DNA from: an uncultured Chloroflexia bacterium
GTDB lineage: Bacteria > Chloroflexota > Ktedonobacteria > Ktedonobacterales > JADMIN01
Direction of reading: 5' to 3'
Assembly (NCBI GenBank): GCA_963718915.1
Contig: CAVRAI010000003.1
Span: 30,001-62,000, forward strand
Length of the DNA stretch: 32,000 nucleotides
Made by a program: the position numbers and the translations under genes. Below are positions 17,728 through 26,382 of the stretch, one piece after another. The stretch's first letter is position 1; every line of letters starts with the position of its first letter. The notes under the pieces are model-generated. The model did no database searches and was not told where the DNA came from. It was given only the letters and a program-made list of their open reading frames with translations.

Positions 17728-17896
17728 ATCACAACCTCCATGTTGGCGACGGTATCGCAGGTTCTTTGTGATGGTCCCGTGATTTGTCGCCATCCACAAT
17801 GGATTGTGACATGTTTGTGATATCCGGTCTGTCAGGAAACCGTCTCGATTTTGCGGCCGGTTTGTAGGCATATTGCCTACATCGCCCAGGCAGGTA

Positions 17897-19546
17897 TCAT
17901 CCTACGATGCCTCGAGTGATCGACACAGCGTCCACCCGCAACTCGCGCAGGGGCAGGCCTGTGCGTGCCGCGATGAGCGCGTGCAGCCGTGTTGCGCGCG
18001 TTTGGTACTCCCTAGCGGAGATGCCAACGGTAGTGCTCCAGGCGTATGGGCCGTATGAGCGGCTCTATCCAGCTAAGTTGCAGCCCATCGCCGAAGATGG
18101 CATAGCGGATGGGCTTGTTGGGTTTGGCAGGCGGGATCACGGCCCAGGCGACGATATGCGCCCACGGAATCGTGACCGGCTGATCCTTGTAGTATCCCCA
18201 GGTGGTCAGGCCAGTCTCATCGGCGCGAATATCGGGTAGCTGGCTGCGGCGGCGCTGGCGAACCAACAGCACAACGTAGAATGCCAGCAGCGCGATCACA
18301 ATCGCTCCTGCCGCAAGGAGAAGTGGCCTGAGCGAGAACGGCGGCATGAAAACCCAGAACAGCACATACAACATGAAAGTAACCAGGCTGAAATCGCCGA
18401 ATGCGTTGCCAGTGACCGATAGCGGCCCGGAACGCGCCCGGAGCGAGATCTGTTCGCCAGCCGCCAGCGCAACGCCCGCTAGATTCTCCAAGGGCGCATA
18501 GCGCTCCTCCGCCAGGGGAAGCGCTAGCGATTCTGTCTCACTGAGCGATGTGATGGCTGGCAAACCTCTACATTGGTTGTTGGATGTGGTGGTCACACGC
18601 ACCGTCAGCAGCGGTGTCTGCGCCCGCGCCGCAATCGTCGCTAGCAGTCGCCGCGCATCCTTGATGTAGCTTGCGTAGCCGCCAGTGAAGCTATAGCGGG
18701 CCTGCCACGAGGGAATATAATCCGTGTCTGGATCGATCTCCTGCTCCATGGCCACAATCGAAAAGTTCAGCGACTTCGAGCGCCCCCAGAGCACATAGTT
18801 GCCGACTGGTGTTGTCTCGCTGCCATCCATGATGCGCGCAAACACCTCGATGTCGCTCCAGGCGATTGTGCGACGCCGCAGAGCCATCTCGTATAGTCAG
18901 GCTCAGTATCATCAGCGACAATTCGGTGCAGGCGGTCGCGGATATCGCGCAACACGAGATAGCCTACGACACATGTCGCCAGCAGCAGCGGGAACCCAGC
19001 CGCCAGCCAATCGAGTGTTGTGGGAGGCGGTGCAACTGGTCCGTCAAACTCGCTGTGGAAATAGGGGTTGAGTTCTGAGTGGCCCAATGCGGGAAGTGCC
19101 TGAAAAATTATGTTCTCACAGACGATAAGCAGGTAGACATAGAAGACAATTCCCGTCAGGCTATGGTACACCGCATTGAGGCTGTAGCGGCGGGCAATCG
19201 TCAGTGTCTCGCCAGCGGGTAAGGCGAAGCTGGCATCGGGCTGCAGCGAAGCGGCGCTTACCACGGACGGATCGCGTTGCGCCAGCGCTCGTGCCAGGTT
19301 TCTTCTCACCACCAGCCCACGCACATTCACCCAAACGATGGCTGTGAGAATCAGATTGACTAGCGCCGAGATACCTATCCCCAGCGTCTCAATACTCCAG
19401 AAGGGCACGAAATGGCCCGTGGCAATCAGGTAGACCGCCACGAATAGCCCATAGCCCATCACCAGCACGGCGAAGGCCGTCGCCAGCGCAATCTTGACGC
19501 CGTAGCCCGTTCTGCTGCAGCCGCACGCGATTGCTCCTCTCCTCAC
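17897..19546 (-). pseudogene. Multi-pass membrane protein with two (2TM + PH-like) modules, paralog 1, disrupted by two frameshifts
   Basis: Track ORFs 18767..19546 and 18012..18887, plus an unlisted third piece (AREYQTRATRLHALIAARTGLPLRELRVDA...* ending at TGA 17897-17899), together align collinearly with the intact 587-aa paralog at 19996..21759. The frame changes near 18885-18910 and near 18015-18065. Confidence 0.75.
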
Positions 19547-19683
19547 CTGCTACCTTGCCGCTCAGGATAGCAGATTTCCGTGCTGACTGGAAACACGCGC
19601 AATCTCGTCGCCTTACGTTCCAACAGTTCCTGTAGCTCCCGCAATCCTTGCGAGCGAGGGCTATTTCGTGTTAGGGTAGACGT

Positions 19684-20004
19684 ATGACGATGACCAACGA
19701 TACAATCTCCGGCGGTGTTGTCCACGAAGTGCCAGAGGACTTACGGGAAACTCTCGCTGCTGACGCGGAGGCGCTCGCGGCATGGGAGGATCTTACGCCG
19801 CTTGCGCGCAATGAATGGATATGCTGGACAATCTCCGTGAAGAAGCCAGAAACGAGACAACAGCATGTCGAACGGGTGCGCACGGAACTCAAAGAGGGCA
19901 TGCGCCGGCCTTGTTGTTGGATAGGCTGCATTCACCGCACGGATAAGACCATTAGCCCTTCGGTACAGTATGTACTCAGCAGACGATCGAAAAAGTCATC
20001 GTAA
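19684..20004 (+). CDS. YdeI/OmpD-associated (OmdA, 'bacteriocin-protection') family protein
   Basis: 106 aa: PEDLRETLAADAEALAAWEDLTPLARNEWICWTISVKKPETRQQHVERVRTELKEGMRRPCCWIGCIHR. This is the characteristic family pattern, including the C-terminal RRPCCW.GC.HR. Confidence 0.8.
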   Translation: MTMTNDTISGGVVHEVPEDLRETLAADAEALAAWEDLTPLARNEWICWTISVKKPETRQQHVERVRTELKEGMRRPCCWIGCIHRTDKTISPSVQYVLSRRSKKSS

Positions 20005-21681
20005 ATGATGGCTCTCCTCTACCCGTAGCTCGCGCAAGGGTTGGTCGCTACGCGCCGCGATCAGCGCATGAATGCGATGTGCCATCTCGCGATACGCCTG
20101 CCGCCGGTCGCCTTTGACGTCCCTTCCGGCGAGCTGGGCGTCGGCTGGCTCGGCCCAGGCGATCTTCTGGCCATCGCCGAAGACGATGTAGCGTGTCGGC
20201 CTGCTGGATCCGGGTGGCGCGGGAACCACCACCCAGGCGGTGATGTGCTGCCAGGTGATCGTGACCGGCTTCTGCTCGCTGCGTTGTTTGCTGGCCAGGC
20301 CAAAACCGTCAACACTCATCGCTGGAAGCGCATTGTGGCGGCGCTGTATCGTGAGCGCAAGCGTGGCAGATTCCATAAATGCTACGAGGAACACCAGAGC
20401 TATATACCCAACAACTGGCCCAAGCGCAAACAGGGAATCGAGTACCAGCTGCTGGCGCAGGATGAAAAACATAATCAGCCCCAGCGCGATCAGCCAGAGC
20501 AGCGACTCACCCAGCACCGGCCCAGCGGCAAGCCGCGCCTTGAGTGTAAGCTGCTCGCCGTAGGCTAATGTCGCGGGGTTCTCGCTCACCCGCGGCTGAT
20601 AGTTAAAGTCAGCAGGCGGTAGCGTCAGCGCCTCCTCTTCGGTTGTAGTTGCGACAGGCGCGCGACGCCGGAGCCGAGCGACAAGTGGCGTTGCATGCAT
20701 CGCCTGTAACGGCGCCTTCGTGCGCGCTACAATCGTCGCCAGCAGCCGTTGCGCATCCGCCAGATAAGACTCGTAACCACCATCGAACTCATATGCGTTC
20801 CGCTGGCTGCGCGTTGACGAGCGCATTCCCGCGACTTTGGCGCTCGCAATGGTCAGGCGAACTCTAGCCGTGTGCCCCCATAGCACATAACCGCCAACAG
20901 GCAGGCTGTGGATATCGGGTGTGACGCGGGCAAAAAGCAGGATGTCATTCCAGGGAATGAACTGCCGCTGGCGGCCATTTTTCATGGCGATACCCTGGTC
21001 ATCGGCAACAATCTGGTGAATGGTATCTCTGCTCAGCGATGGTAGAGGTATCGTGCAGCCAATGATCGCAATCACTATGGGCAAAGCGGCAGCTATCCAA
21101 TCGAGTGTCGTGGGCGCCGCAGTGGCTGGAGCAGAGAAAAAGCTATCGAAGAATGGGTTGAGGGATGAGCGCCCAAACGCTGGAATAGTGGTGAAGATCA
21201 ACACTTCACCAGACGCGGCGAGCAGGAGGCACACTATCAAGAGCAGTGGTATGATCTGCCACATCCTGGTGGCGCTGCGATAGGCAAGGCGCAGTGATTC
21301 GCCAGCACGCAGAGCAAGAGCGCCATCCGGCTGTGTGGATGCGGTATAGACGACGGCGCCGTCATGATTCGCTAGCGCTCGCAGACGCTTCTCGCGTTTC
21401 AAAGAGACCCAGGGATAGAAACACACGCTAATGGTGATCACTGGCGCGAATAGGACAAAGAATACTGATAGCAGGAAAACGCCATAATCTAGCAGTCCAT
21501 GCAAGTCACCCGTCTTAGCCAGATGAATGACGACGAACACTTCATAGCTCACCAGAAAAATAGCTACCAGCGTCGCCAGCGCCATCTTCGGGCCGTAGCC
21601 TACACGTTTGAGTTCCACGATAGCCTTATCCTCCTTCACTGCGTACGCTCCCTGGCGTGGCCGCTCTAGCATAGCAGACAT
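19996..21681 (-). CDS. Multi-pass membrane protein with two (2TM + PH-like) modules, paralog 2 (intact)
   Basis: Covered by the 587-aa track ORF, which starts at 21759 and overlaps the divergent gene. Likelier starts are ATG 21681/21672 or GTG 21618 (AAGGAGG upstream). It has six predicted TM helices. An internal repeat is seen as LRAGESLRL / LAYGEQLTL, FIPWNDILLFARV / ITWQHITAWVVV and LLATIVARTKAPL / IHALIAARSDQPL. Confidence 0.75.
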   Translation of the reverse strand: MSAMLERPRQGAYAVKEDKAIVELKRVGYGPKMALATLVAIFLVSYEVFVVIHLAKTGDLHGLLDYGVFLLSVFFVLFAPVITISVCFYPWVSLKREKRLRALANHDGAVVYTASTQPDGALALRAGESLRLAYRSATRMWQIIPLLLIVCLLLAASGEVLIFTTIPAFGRSSLNPFFDSFFSAPATAAPTTLDWIAAALPIVIAIIGCTIPLPSLSRDTIHQIVADDQGIAMKNGRQRQFIPWNDILLFARVTPDIHSLPVGGYVLWGHTARVRLTIASAKVAGMRSSTRSQRNAYEFDGGYESYLADAQRLLATIVARTKAPLQAMHATPLVARLRRRAPVATTTEEEALTLPPADFNYQPRVSENPATLAYGEQLTLKARLAAGPVLGESLLWLIALGLIMFFILRQQLVLDSLFALGPVVGYIALVFLVAFMESATLALTIQRRHNALPAMSVDGFGLASKQRSEQKPVTITWQHITAWVVVPAPPGSSRPTRYIVFGDGQKIAWAEPADAQLAGRDVKGDRRQAYREMAHRIHALIAARSDQPLRELRVEESHHLR

Positions 21682-21745
21682 CTGGGCAAGGTGGGCTATC
21701 CAAAAATAGTGCGCGCAATTCGCAACGTCTCCCAGGTGGGGTACA

Positions 21746-22609
21746 ATGACGACGTACATCTGGGCGGCAACGGATGACGAGAAACGTCAGCTAGCGAGGG
21801 TAGGGCAGGCAATGGCTGAGCAGGACCATCTAATAGCAGAAACGCGGCACGCCCTCGCCACGCTCGACACCCATTTCGGCATCGCGCTGGGATGCCCGCC
21901 CTCCGATCTGCGGCGCTCCGGCTGGCATGTGCTGGTCGCGCGCCATACCATGGATGATCCGACGGCGCTGCTCTTTGGACGCCGCCAGTTGCTCCAGCTT
22001 GTCGCGCCGATGCCCGAAGCGGCTGGCGCGCCGCGTGGGGGGGTGGCGCTGGTCACACCAGAGCTGCGGCTGCCGGTCTCGCTGCTCCTGCGCGAGCTGC
22101 GCCCAGAAGCGCTCTTCACCCCAGATGGCCAGCTTGCCCTCGAAACGCTGATGCAACGCAACGCGACCGCTGATCTCTTCCCACTTGAAGTGGCCCATCT
22201 GCGCCAGTGGTACACGCTCACTGGCGCGTTCCGTCCCTATCTCGGCCCCTGGCTGGAGTGGATCGAGCCGCTCGACGATGGGCAGGAGATGGATCCCGCC
22301 GCCTTACGGCTGCTGGCGCGGTTCGGCGCGGGCGTCTTCGTGATACGCGACGAGGACGCCGCCATCCAGGGCTTTGCCGGGCTGCGGTCGCAGTCGCCCC
22401 ACGTCTGGGAGATCACCGCAGCGGCTGAGTCGTCGCCACAGGAAGGGCTGGCGCGCGCCGTCATTGGCCGGGCGACCAAAGCTGTGCTGGCGACGAAACG
22501 CCTGCCGCTCTATAGCCACGCCGCGCGCGAAAGCGATCTTGCCCAGGTGGCAAGCGACCTGGGGTACCGCTGCTATGGCGACACGCTCATCTGGAGCGCC
22601 TCCGCATAG
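21746..22609 (+). CDS. Hypothetical protein, C-terminal GNAT/FR47-like acetyltransferase fold (tentative)
   Basis: 287-aa ORF with GGTGGGG upstream. The C-terminus FVIRDEDAAIQGFAGL...GLARAVIGRATKAVLATKRLPLYSHAARESDLAQVASDLGYRCYG resembles the GNAT beta4-alpha3...alpha4 region. I do not recognise the N-terminal ~190 aa. Confidence 0.5.
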   Translation: MTTYIWAATDDEKRQLARVGQAMAEQDHLIAETRHALATLDTHFGIALGCPPSDLRRSGWHVLVARHTMDDPTALLFGRRQLLQLVAPMPEAAGAPRGGVALVTPELRLPVSLLLRELRPEALFTPDGQLALETLMQRNATADLFPLEVAHLRQWYTLTGAFRPYLGPWLEWIEPLDDGQEMDPAALRLLARFGAGVFVIRDEDAAIQGFAGLRSQSPHVWEITAAAESSPQEGLARAVIGRATKAVLATKRLPLYSHAARESDLAQVASDLGYRCYGDTLIWSASA

Positions 22610-22845
22610 CCGACCCCGCGCGGATCGGATAGGAATATTGCCGGGCATGCTTGCGCACAATGATAAAATACGAAATGATGCGTATAGGGCTTGCTTTCTA
22701 CTGCGGTGTCTGTCTGCGCGTTGCGGACGCGTTTGCCATGACAAGACTGCTATGCCCTCGTATGACAAGGCACTGACGCCGCCTTCTTCATTGCGTCTGG
22801 CGCGAGGGTAGGCCGAGAGCGTGTAACAAACAGGGAGGTGCGCTG

Positions 22846-23616
22846 GTGGGACACGATGATCGACGAAGCGGCTCGCAGACACGCGAGGTCACGCGCACAA
22901 GTGGCGCGCCTGTTACTACCGCCTCGGTCGGCGACCAGGGACATATCGCCACCTTCGCGCAGGTCTCGCTCTTTTCCACGCTCGATCCTGAGGCGTTGCG
23001 CGAGCTGGCATCCGCCGCGCGCCGCCGGGGATTCCGCGCGGGCGAGGTGATCTTCCACCGCGACGACCCTGGCCAGGTGCTCTATGTCATTCGCGAGGGC
23101 AAGGTCAAAATCTGTATCAACAGCCCGGATGGCCACGAGGTGGTGCTGGCGGTCTTTGGCCCCGGCGACTATTTTGGCGAGCTCGCCCTGCTCGATGGCC
23201 AGCCGCGCTCGGCCAGCGCTGTCGCGATTGATCTGGTCGAGGTCTACGCCCTGCAACGCAGCGACTTTATCAATATCGTCATCCATCACCCACGCATCGC
23301 CATTCAGGTGATGAATGTGCTCTCGCAGCGGCTGCGCCAGACCGACGCCATGATCGAAGACCTGCTCTTCCTCGATGTGCATGGGCGCGTCGCCAAGAAG
23401 CTGCTCGATCTGGCCGACCTCCACGGCGTGCGCACACCGGACGGCATTCGCATCGATATGAAGCTGACGCAGAGCGATCTGGCGGCGCTGGTGGGCGCCT
23501 CGCGCGAGAGCGTCAACAAAGTGCTGGGCTATTTCGTGGATAAGCGCTTCGTCAGCACTGAAAAACGCAAGATTACAATCCTGCGGCTGGCGGAACTGCG
23601 CCGCCGCATCTGTTAG
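22846..23616 (+). CDS. Crp/Fnr family transcriptional regulator
   Basis: Contains a cNMP-binding domain (GEVIFHRDDPGQVLYVIREGKVKI...GPGDYFGELALLDGQPRSASAVA) and a C-terminal HTH (LTQSDLAALVGASRESVNKVLGYF). GTG start with GGGAGG 7 nt upstream. Confidence 0.9.
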   Translation: MGHDDRRSGSQTREVTRTSGAPVTTASVGDQGHIATFAQVSLFSTLDPEALRELASAARRRGFRAGEVIFHRDDPGQVLYVIREGKVKICINSPDGHEVVLAVFGPGDYFGELALLDGQPRSASAVAIDLVEVYALQRSDFINIVIHHPRIAIQVMNVLSQRLRQTDAMIEDLLFLDVHGRVAKKLLDLADLHGVRTPDGIRIDMKLTQSDLAALVGASRESVNKVLGYFVDKRFVSTEKRKITILRLAELRRRIC

Positions 23617-23917
23617 TATCCATTACCTGCTGCTAGCTTATGCCAGACGATTCTGCCAGTATCTTTACGTGGCGGGGGTCAATGGTTCATACTGGCGTGC
23701 GTGCGCCATCGCATGGCAGCGACGCGACGAGCCAGCGCAAAGCATGCGATCACTATCCTGCCAGCGCGAGCGCGCCTACGGATACCTGCACCTGATCCCT
23801 GTGATACGTATGATACATGTGACTGATTTAGGTGACGCCGACGAAGGACAGGCCAGCGAGGGTTCATCCGCGGGTGCGGAGTTATGACTCCCGGCTGGCG
23901 TCACTGGAGAATTTGCT

Positions 23918-24709
23918 GTGAGAGCAATTATCGCGATTCCCACCTATAACGAGCGGGAGAACATTGTCAATCTGGTGCAGGCTATCCAGAGCGCCGCGCC
24001 CCCTACGGATATCCTCATCATCGACGACAACTCGCCCGATGGCACTGGCCAGATCGCCGACGAGATGGCGGCGCGCGACAACTCAATTCATGTGATGCAC
24101 CGGCCTGGCAAGCTAGGCCTCGGCACCGCGTATATCGCTGGTTTCCACTATGCCATCGAGCGGGGTTACGATTTCGTCTTCGAGATGGATGCCGACTTCT
24201 CGCATAATCCCGCCTACCTACCACAATTCTTCGAGTGGGCTGGGGATGCCGACGTCGTCATTGGGTCGCGCTATGTCAAAGGCGGTGGCACTCCCAACTG
24301 GTCGCCGCTGCGCAAGTTCATCAGCGGCGGCGGCAATATGTTTGCCCGCGCGATGCTCGGTATCCCGGTGCATGACTGTACCGCCGGCTACCGCTGCTAT
24401 CGCACCGCTGCCCTGCGCACGCTCAACCTCGACGCTATCCATGCCCAGGGATACGCCTTCCAGGTGGAGATGACCTACAATTTCTGGAAAAGTGGCTTCC
24501 GTATTCGCGAGCTGCCCATCATCTTCGAGGATCGCCGTGTGGGCAAGTCGAAGATGTCGCGTAAGATCTTCATCGAAGCGTTCCTCTGGGTCTTGCGTGC
24601 CCGCGTGACCGGCGATGCCGAGGTTCGGCGCATGCCGCCAGCCAGCGCGATGTTGCCCGGGGCGGGCGTCTCCTCGCAGATTGGCTCCGCCGGAGACCGC
24701 CAGCAGTAA
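23918..24709 (+). CDS. Polyprenol-monophosphomannose synthase / dolichol-phosphate mannosyltransferase-like GT2
   Basis: Blocks IPTYNERENI, ILIIDDNSPDGTG, GKLGLGTAYIAGF, EMDADFSHNP, VIGSRYVKGGG and DCTAGYRCY are typical of the Ppm1/DPM1 family. Confidence 0.88.
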   Translation: MRAIIAIPTYNERENIVNLVQAIQSAAPPTDILIIDDNSPDGTGQIADEMAARDNSIHVMHRPGKLGLGTAYIAGFHYAIERGYDFVFEMDADFSHNPAYLPQFFEWAGDADVVIGSRYVKGGGTPNWSPLRKFISGGGNMFARAMLGIPVHDCTAGYRCYRTAALRTLNLDAIHAQGYAFQVEMTYNFWKSGFRIRELPIIFEDRRVGKSKMSRKIFIEAFLWVLRARVTGDAEVRRMPPASAMLPGAGVSSQIGSAGDRQQ

Positions 24710-24735
24710 GGGAAAACTGGCGTGTGGTGGGTTGT

Positions 24736-24910
24736 GGCTGGCGACTGAAGTCGCGCCTGAAGGGCCTCGCTGCGCTCCGCCACGAAACCCGCCTGCGCGG
24801 GTTGGAGACATATGACCCAACAGTGCATGTCGTTGGGGTACGATCTGGCGAGTCCGCGCAGGCGGACTTCGTGGCCACAGGCCATAAAGGCGCGGTTTTA
24901 ACCGCCCGCG
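24736..24910 (+). repeat. ~180-bp imperfectly palindromic MITE/REP-like element, copy 2
   Basis: Same orientation and same conserved ends as 8989-9170. It begins 27 nt after the ppm-like stop. Internal hairpins are ACCCGC-ctgc-GCGGGT (24787-24802) and GTCCGC-gcag-GCGGAC (24852-24867). Confidence 0.8.
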
Positions 24911-24994
24911 CTATCCCCCTAAGCAGCGCCCCCAGCCAGTGAATCAGCTTCACCAGTTGGGGGCTTTGTCATATGCGTCAACAGATCCGATGGA

Positions 24995-26050
24995 CTAGTC
25001 TGGCAGTGCGATGCCCTGCGTCCATTCACCCGGCTCGGCGTAGGTCATACGGGTGTAGGGTAGCATGTTGCGCGTGAGCACATCGGAGAGCATCCGCGCG
25101 GCATTCTCCATCTCGATGGAGGAGGGTATACGCGACCCAGGGGCAATTGCGATACGCGCGGCCAACACCATGCGACCATTGCGCATCCATCCCCGCGTCT
25201 CGCGAATATGCTGTAACTGGTGCGCCGAGCGGTTGAAGTGCCGGGCGACATCGCGGGTGAAGTCGCGCGCCTGGTCGGCTGCGGCTGGGTCGGTGAGCAC
25301 TGGTGGCAACTCCACCTCGATGCATGGAATCACCGTGACCTCTGGGTCCGCCGCAGGACGCGCCGGGTTCGTCCATTCGTGTCCTGCTCCCATCGCGCCT
25401 TGCGAAGCGGGTGGCGGCGCGTCGATGTCTGGGCGCGGCATAAACCCGGAGCCACCTGGCATGGCGGCGCCTGAGAATGTCCCACCACGCAGTGAGGAAG
25501 GAGGTTGCTGCGGTTGCGCCTGGAACGACGGCTGGAACGCGCCGCCGGGTTCTGGTGGCTGGCCTGTGCTCCATCCGGGATTGCCAACGGGACGATTCGG
25601 CGGATATGGCTGGTTGGGAGGCCGTTGCGGCATGGGCGTGCCTGAAGCCCACTGCGTGGGATTATTGCCGCTCCCGGAGGTTCGGCTGGCCAGAGAACGA
25701 CGCAACTGGGTCAGCAGTTCCGTGGCTCGCCCCTGGTCCAGCGCCAGACGCTCCCACGGCGCCCTCGCGCCATACATGCCCGCCGCCGCGACGGGGAGGT
25801 CGAGCGCGAGTTGCACCCACACCTCACGCTCAGCGGAATCAATATCGCCGTTCATCTCTGGTGAGTGGGCCGCGTCATAGACATGGCCCGATTGGTCGTG
25901 CCAACGCACGTGGGTCAGTGTCAGCGGATTGTCAGATCGTCGCGCACCCAGCAGCTCGCCGCCGTATCTGGCGTAATAATCGAGCGCCTGAGCAATTCCT
26001 GTTTCAGGCTGATTTGGGCCTCCCTGCCCCCTCCAGCCATATGATTCCAT
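24995..26050 (-). CDS. Hypothetical protein: two globular ends joined by a Pro/Gln/Gly-rich linker
   Basis: The track ORF extends to 26344, but the first ~90 codons are A/T-rich with atypical codons. ATG 26050 has GGAGGGGGA 4-7 nt upstream (ATG 26083 is an alternative). The linker reads PMPQRPPNQPYPPNRPVGNPGWSTGQPPEPGGAFQPSFQAQPQQPPS. No family recognised. Confidence 0.6.
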   Translation of the reverse strand: MESYGWRGQGGPNQPETGIAQALDYYARYGGELLGARRSDNPLTLTHVRWHDQSGHVYDAAHSPEMNGDIDSAEREVWVQLALDLPVAAAGMYGARAPWERLALDQGRATELLTQLRRSLASRTSGSGNNPTQWASGTPMPQRPPNQPYPPNRPVGNPGWSTGQPPEPGGAFQPSFQAQPQQPPSSLRGGTFSGAAMPGGSGFMPRPDIDAPPPASQGAMGAGHEWTNPARPAADPEVTVIPCIEVELPPVLTDPAAADQARDFTRDVARHFNRSAHQLQHIRETRGWMRNGRMVLAARIAIAPGSRIPSSIEMENAARMLSDVLTRNMLPYTRMTYAEPGEWTQGIALPD

Positions 26051-26353
26051 GGTTCCCCCTCCGGCGCCTCTGTGCATGTTCATCCCATCGCGCCCCAATG
26101 CATCGGTCGTTGTGGAAAAAACATCCCCCCTCCCCAGCGACGTGTGATCGCGCCAGTCGCGGAGGAGCAGAAGTAGCCGACGTACAGCCCCATAAGGGCT
26201 TTTACAGACAATAGTATATGATAACGGAGGTGAATTGGATACGCGCAAACCTGCTGGTGGATGACGGATGATCAATGCATCATCGGGGCAGCCGCCTGAT
26301 TGGTTGTGGCTCTGGCATCCACCCGCCAGTATATGCTTTACCAAATCGGGAAA

Positions 26354-26382
26354 ATTATATCATGCGAGGGTTCATGGCACAA
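26354..26382 (-). promoter_or_regulatory. Candidate promoter (minus strand) between the PP2C gene and the P/Q-rich gene
   Basis: Minus strand reads TTGTGC, 17-nt spacer, TATAAT (perfect -10; plus-strand attata at 26354-26359 and gcacaa at 26377-26382). This implies a ~300-nt leader before ATG 26050. Confidence 0.4.

Noticed and set aside
17728-17871. N-terminal 48-codon extension of the DoxX-like ORF
   Set aside because: ATG 17727 has a GGAGG at ideal spacing. The extension covers palindrome-rich, lower-GC, non-coding-looking sequence.
23669-23887. 72-aa plus ORF and 62-aa minus ORF in the 300-nt spacer upstream of the mannosyltransferase gene
   Set aside because: They have no RBS, poor codon usage and no recognisable motifs. 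The region is more likely a promoter or leader (it contains GATAC and GTGAC word repeats), which I could not interpret confidently.
25065-26214. Plus-strand ORFs 25065..25880 and 25477..26214
   Set aside because: They are antisense shadows of the P/Q-rich protein gene. A repetitive GC-rich linker region naturally stays open in several frames.
26051-26344. N-terminal ~98-codon extension of the P/Q-rich protein ORF
   Set aside because: The extension is A/T-rich with atypical codons (GTA AAG CAT ATA ... TCA TAT ACT ATT) and no RBS at 26344, whereas a strong GGAGG precedes ATG 26050. It is treated as leader sequence.
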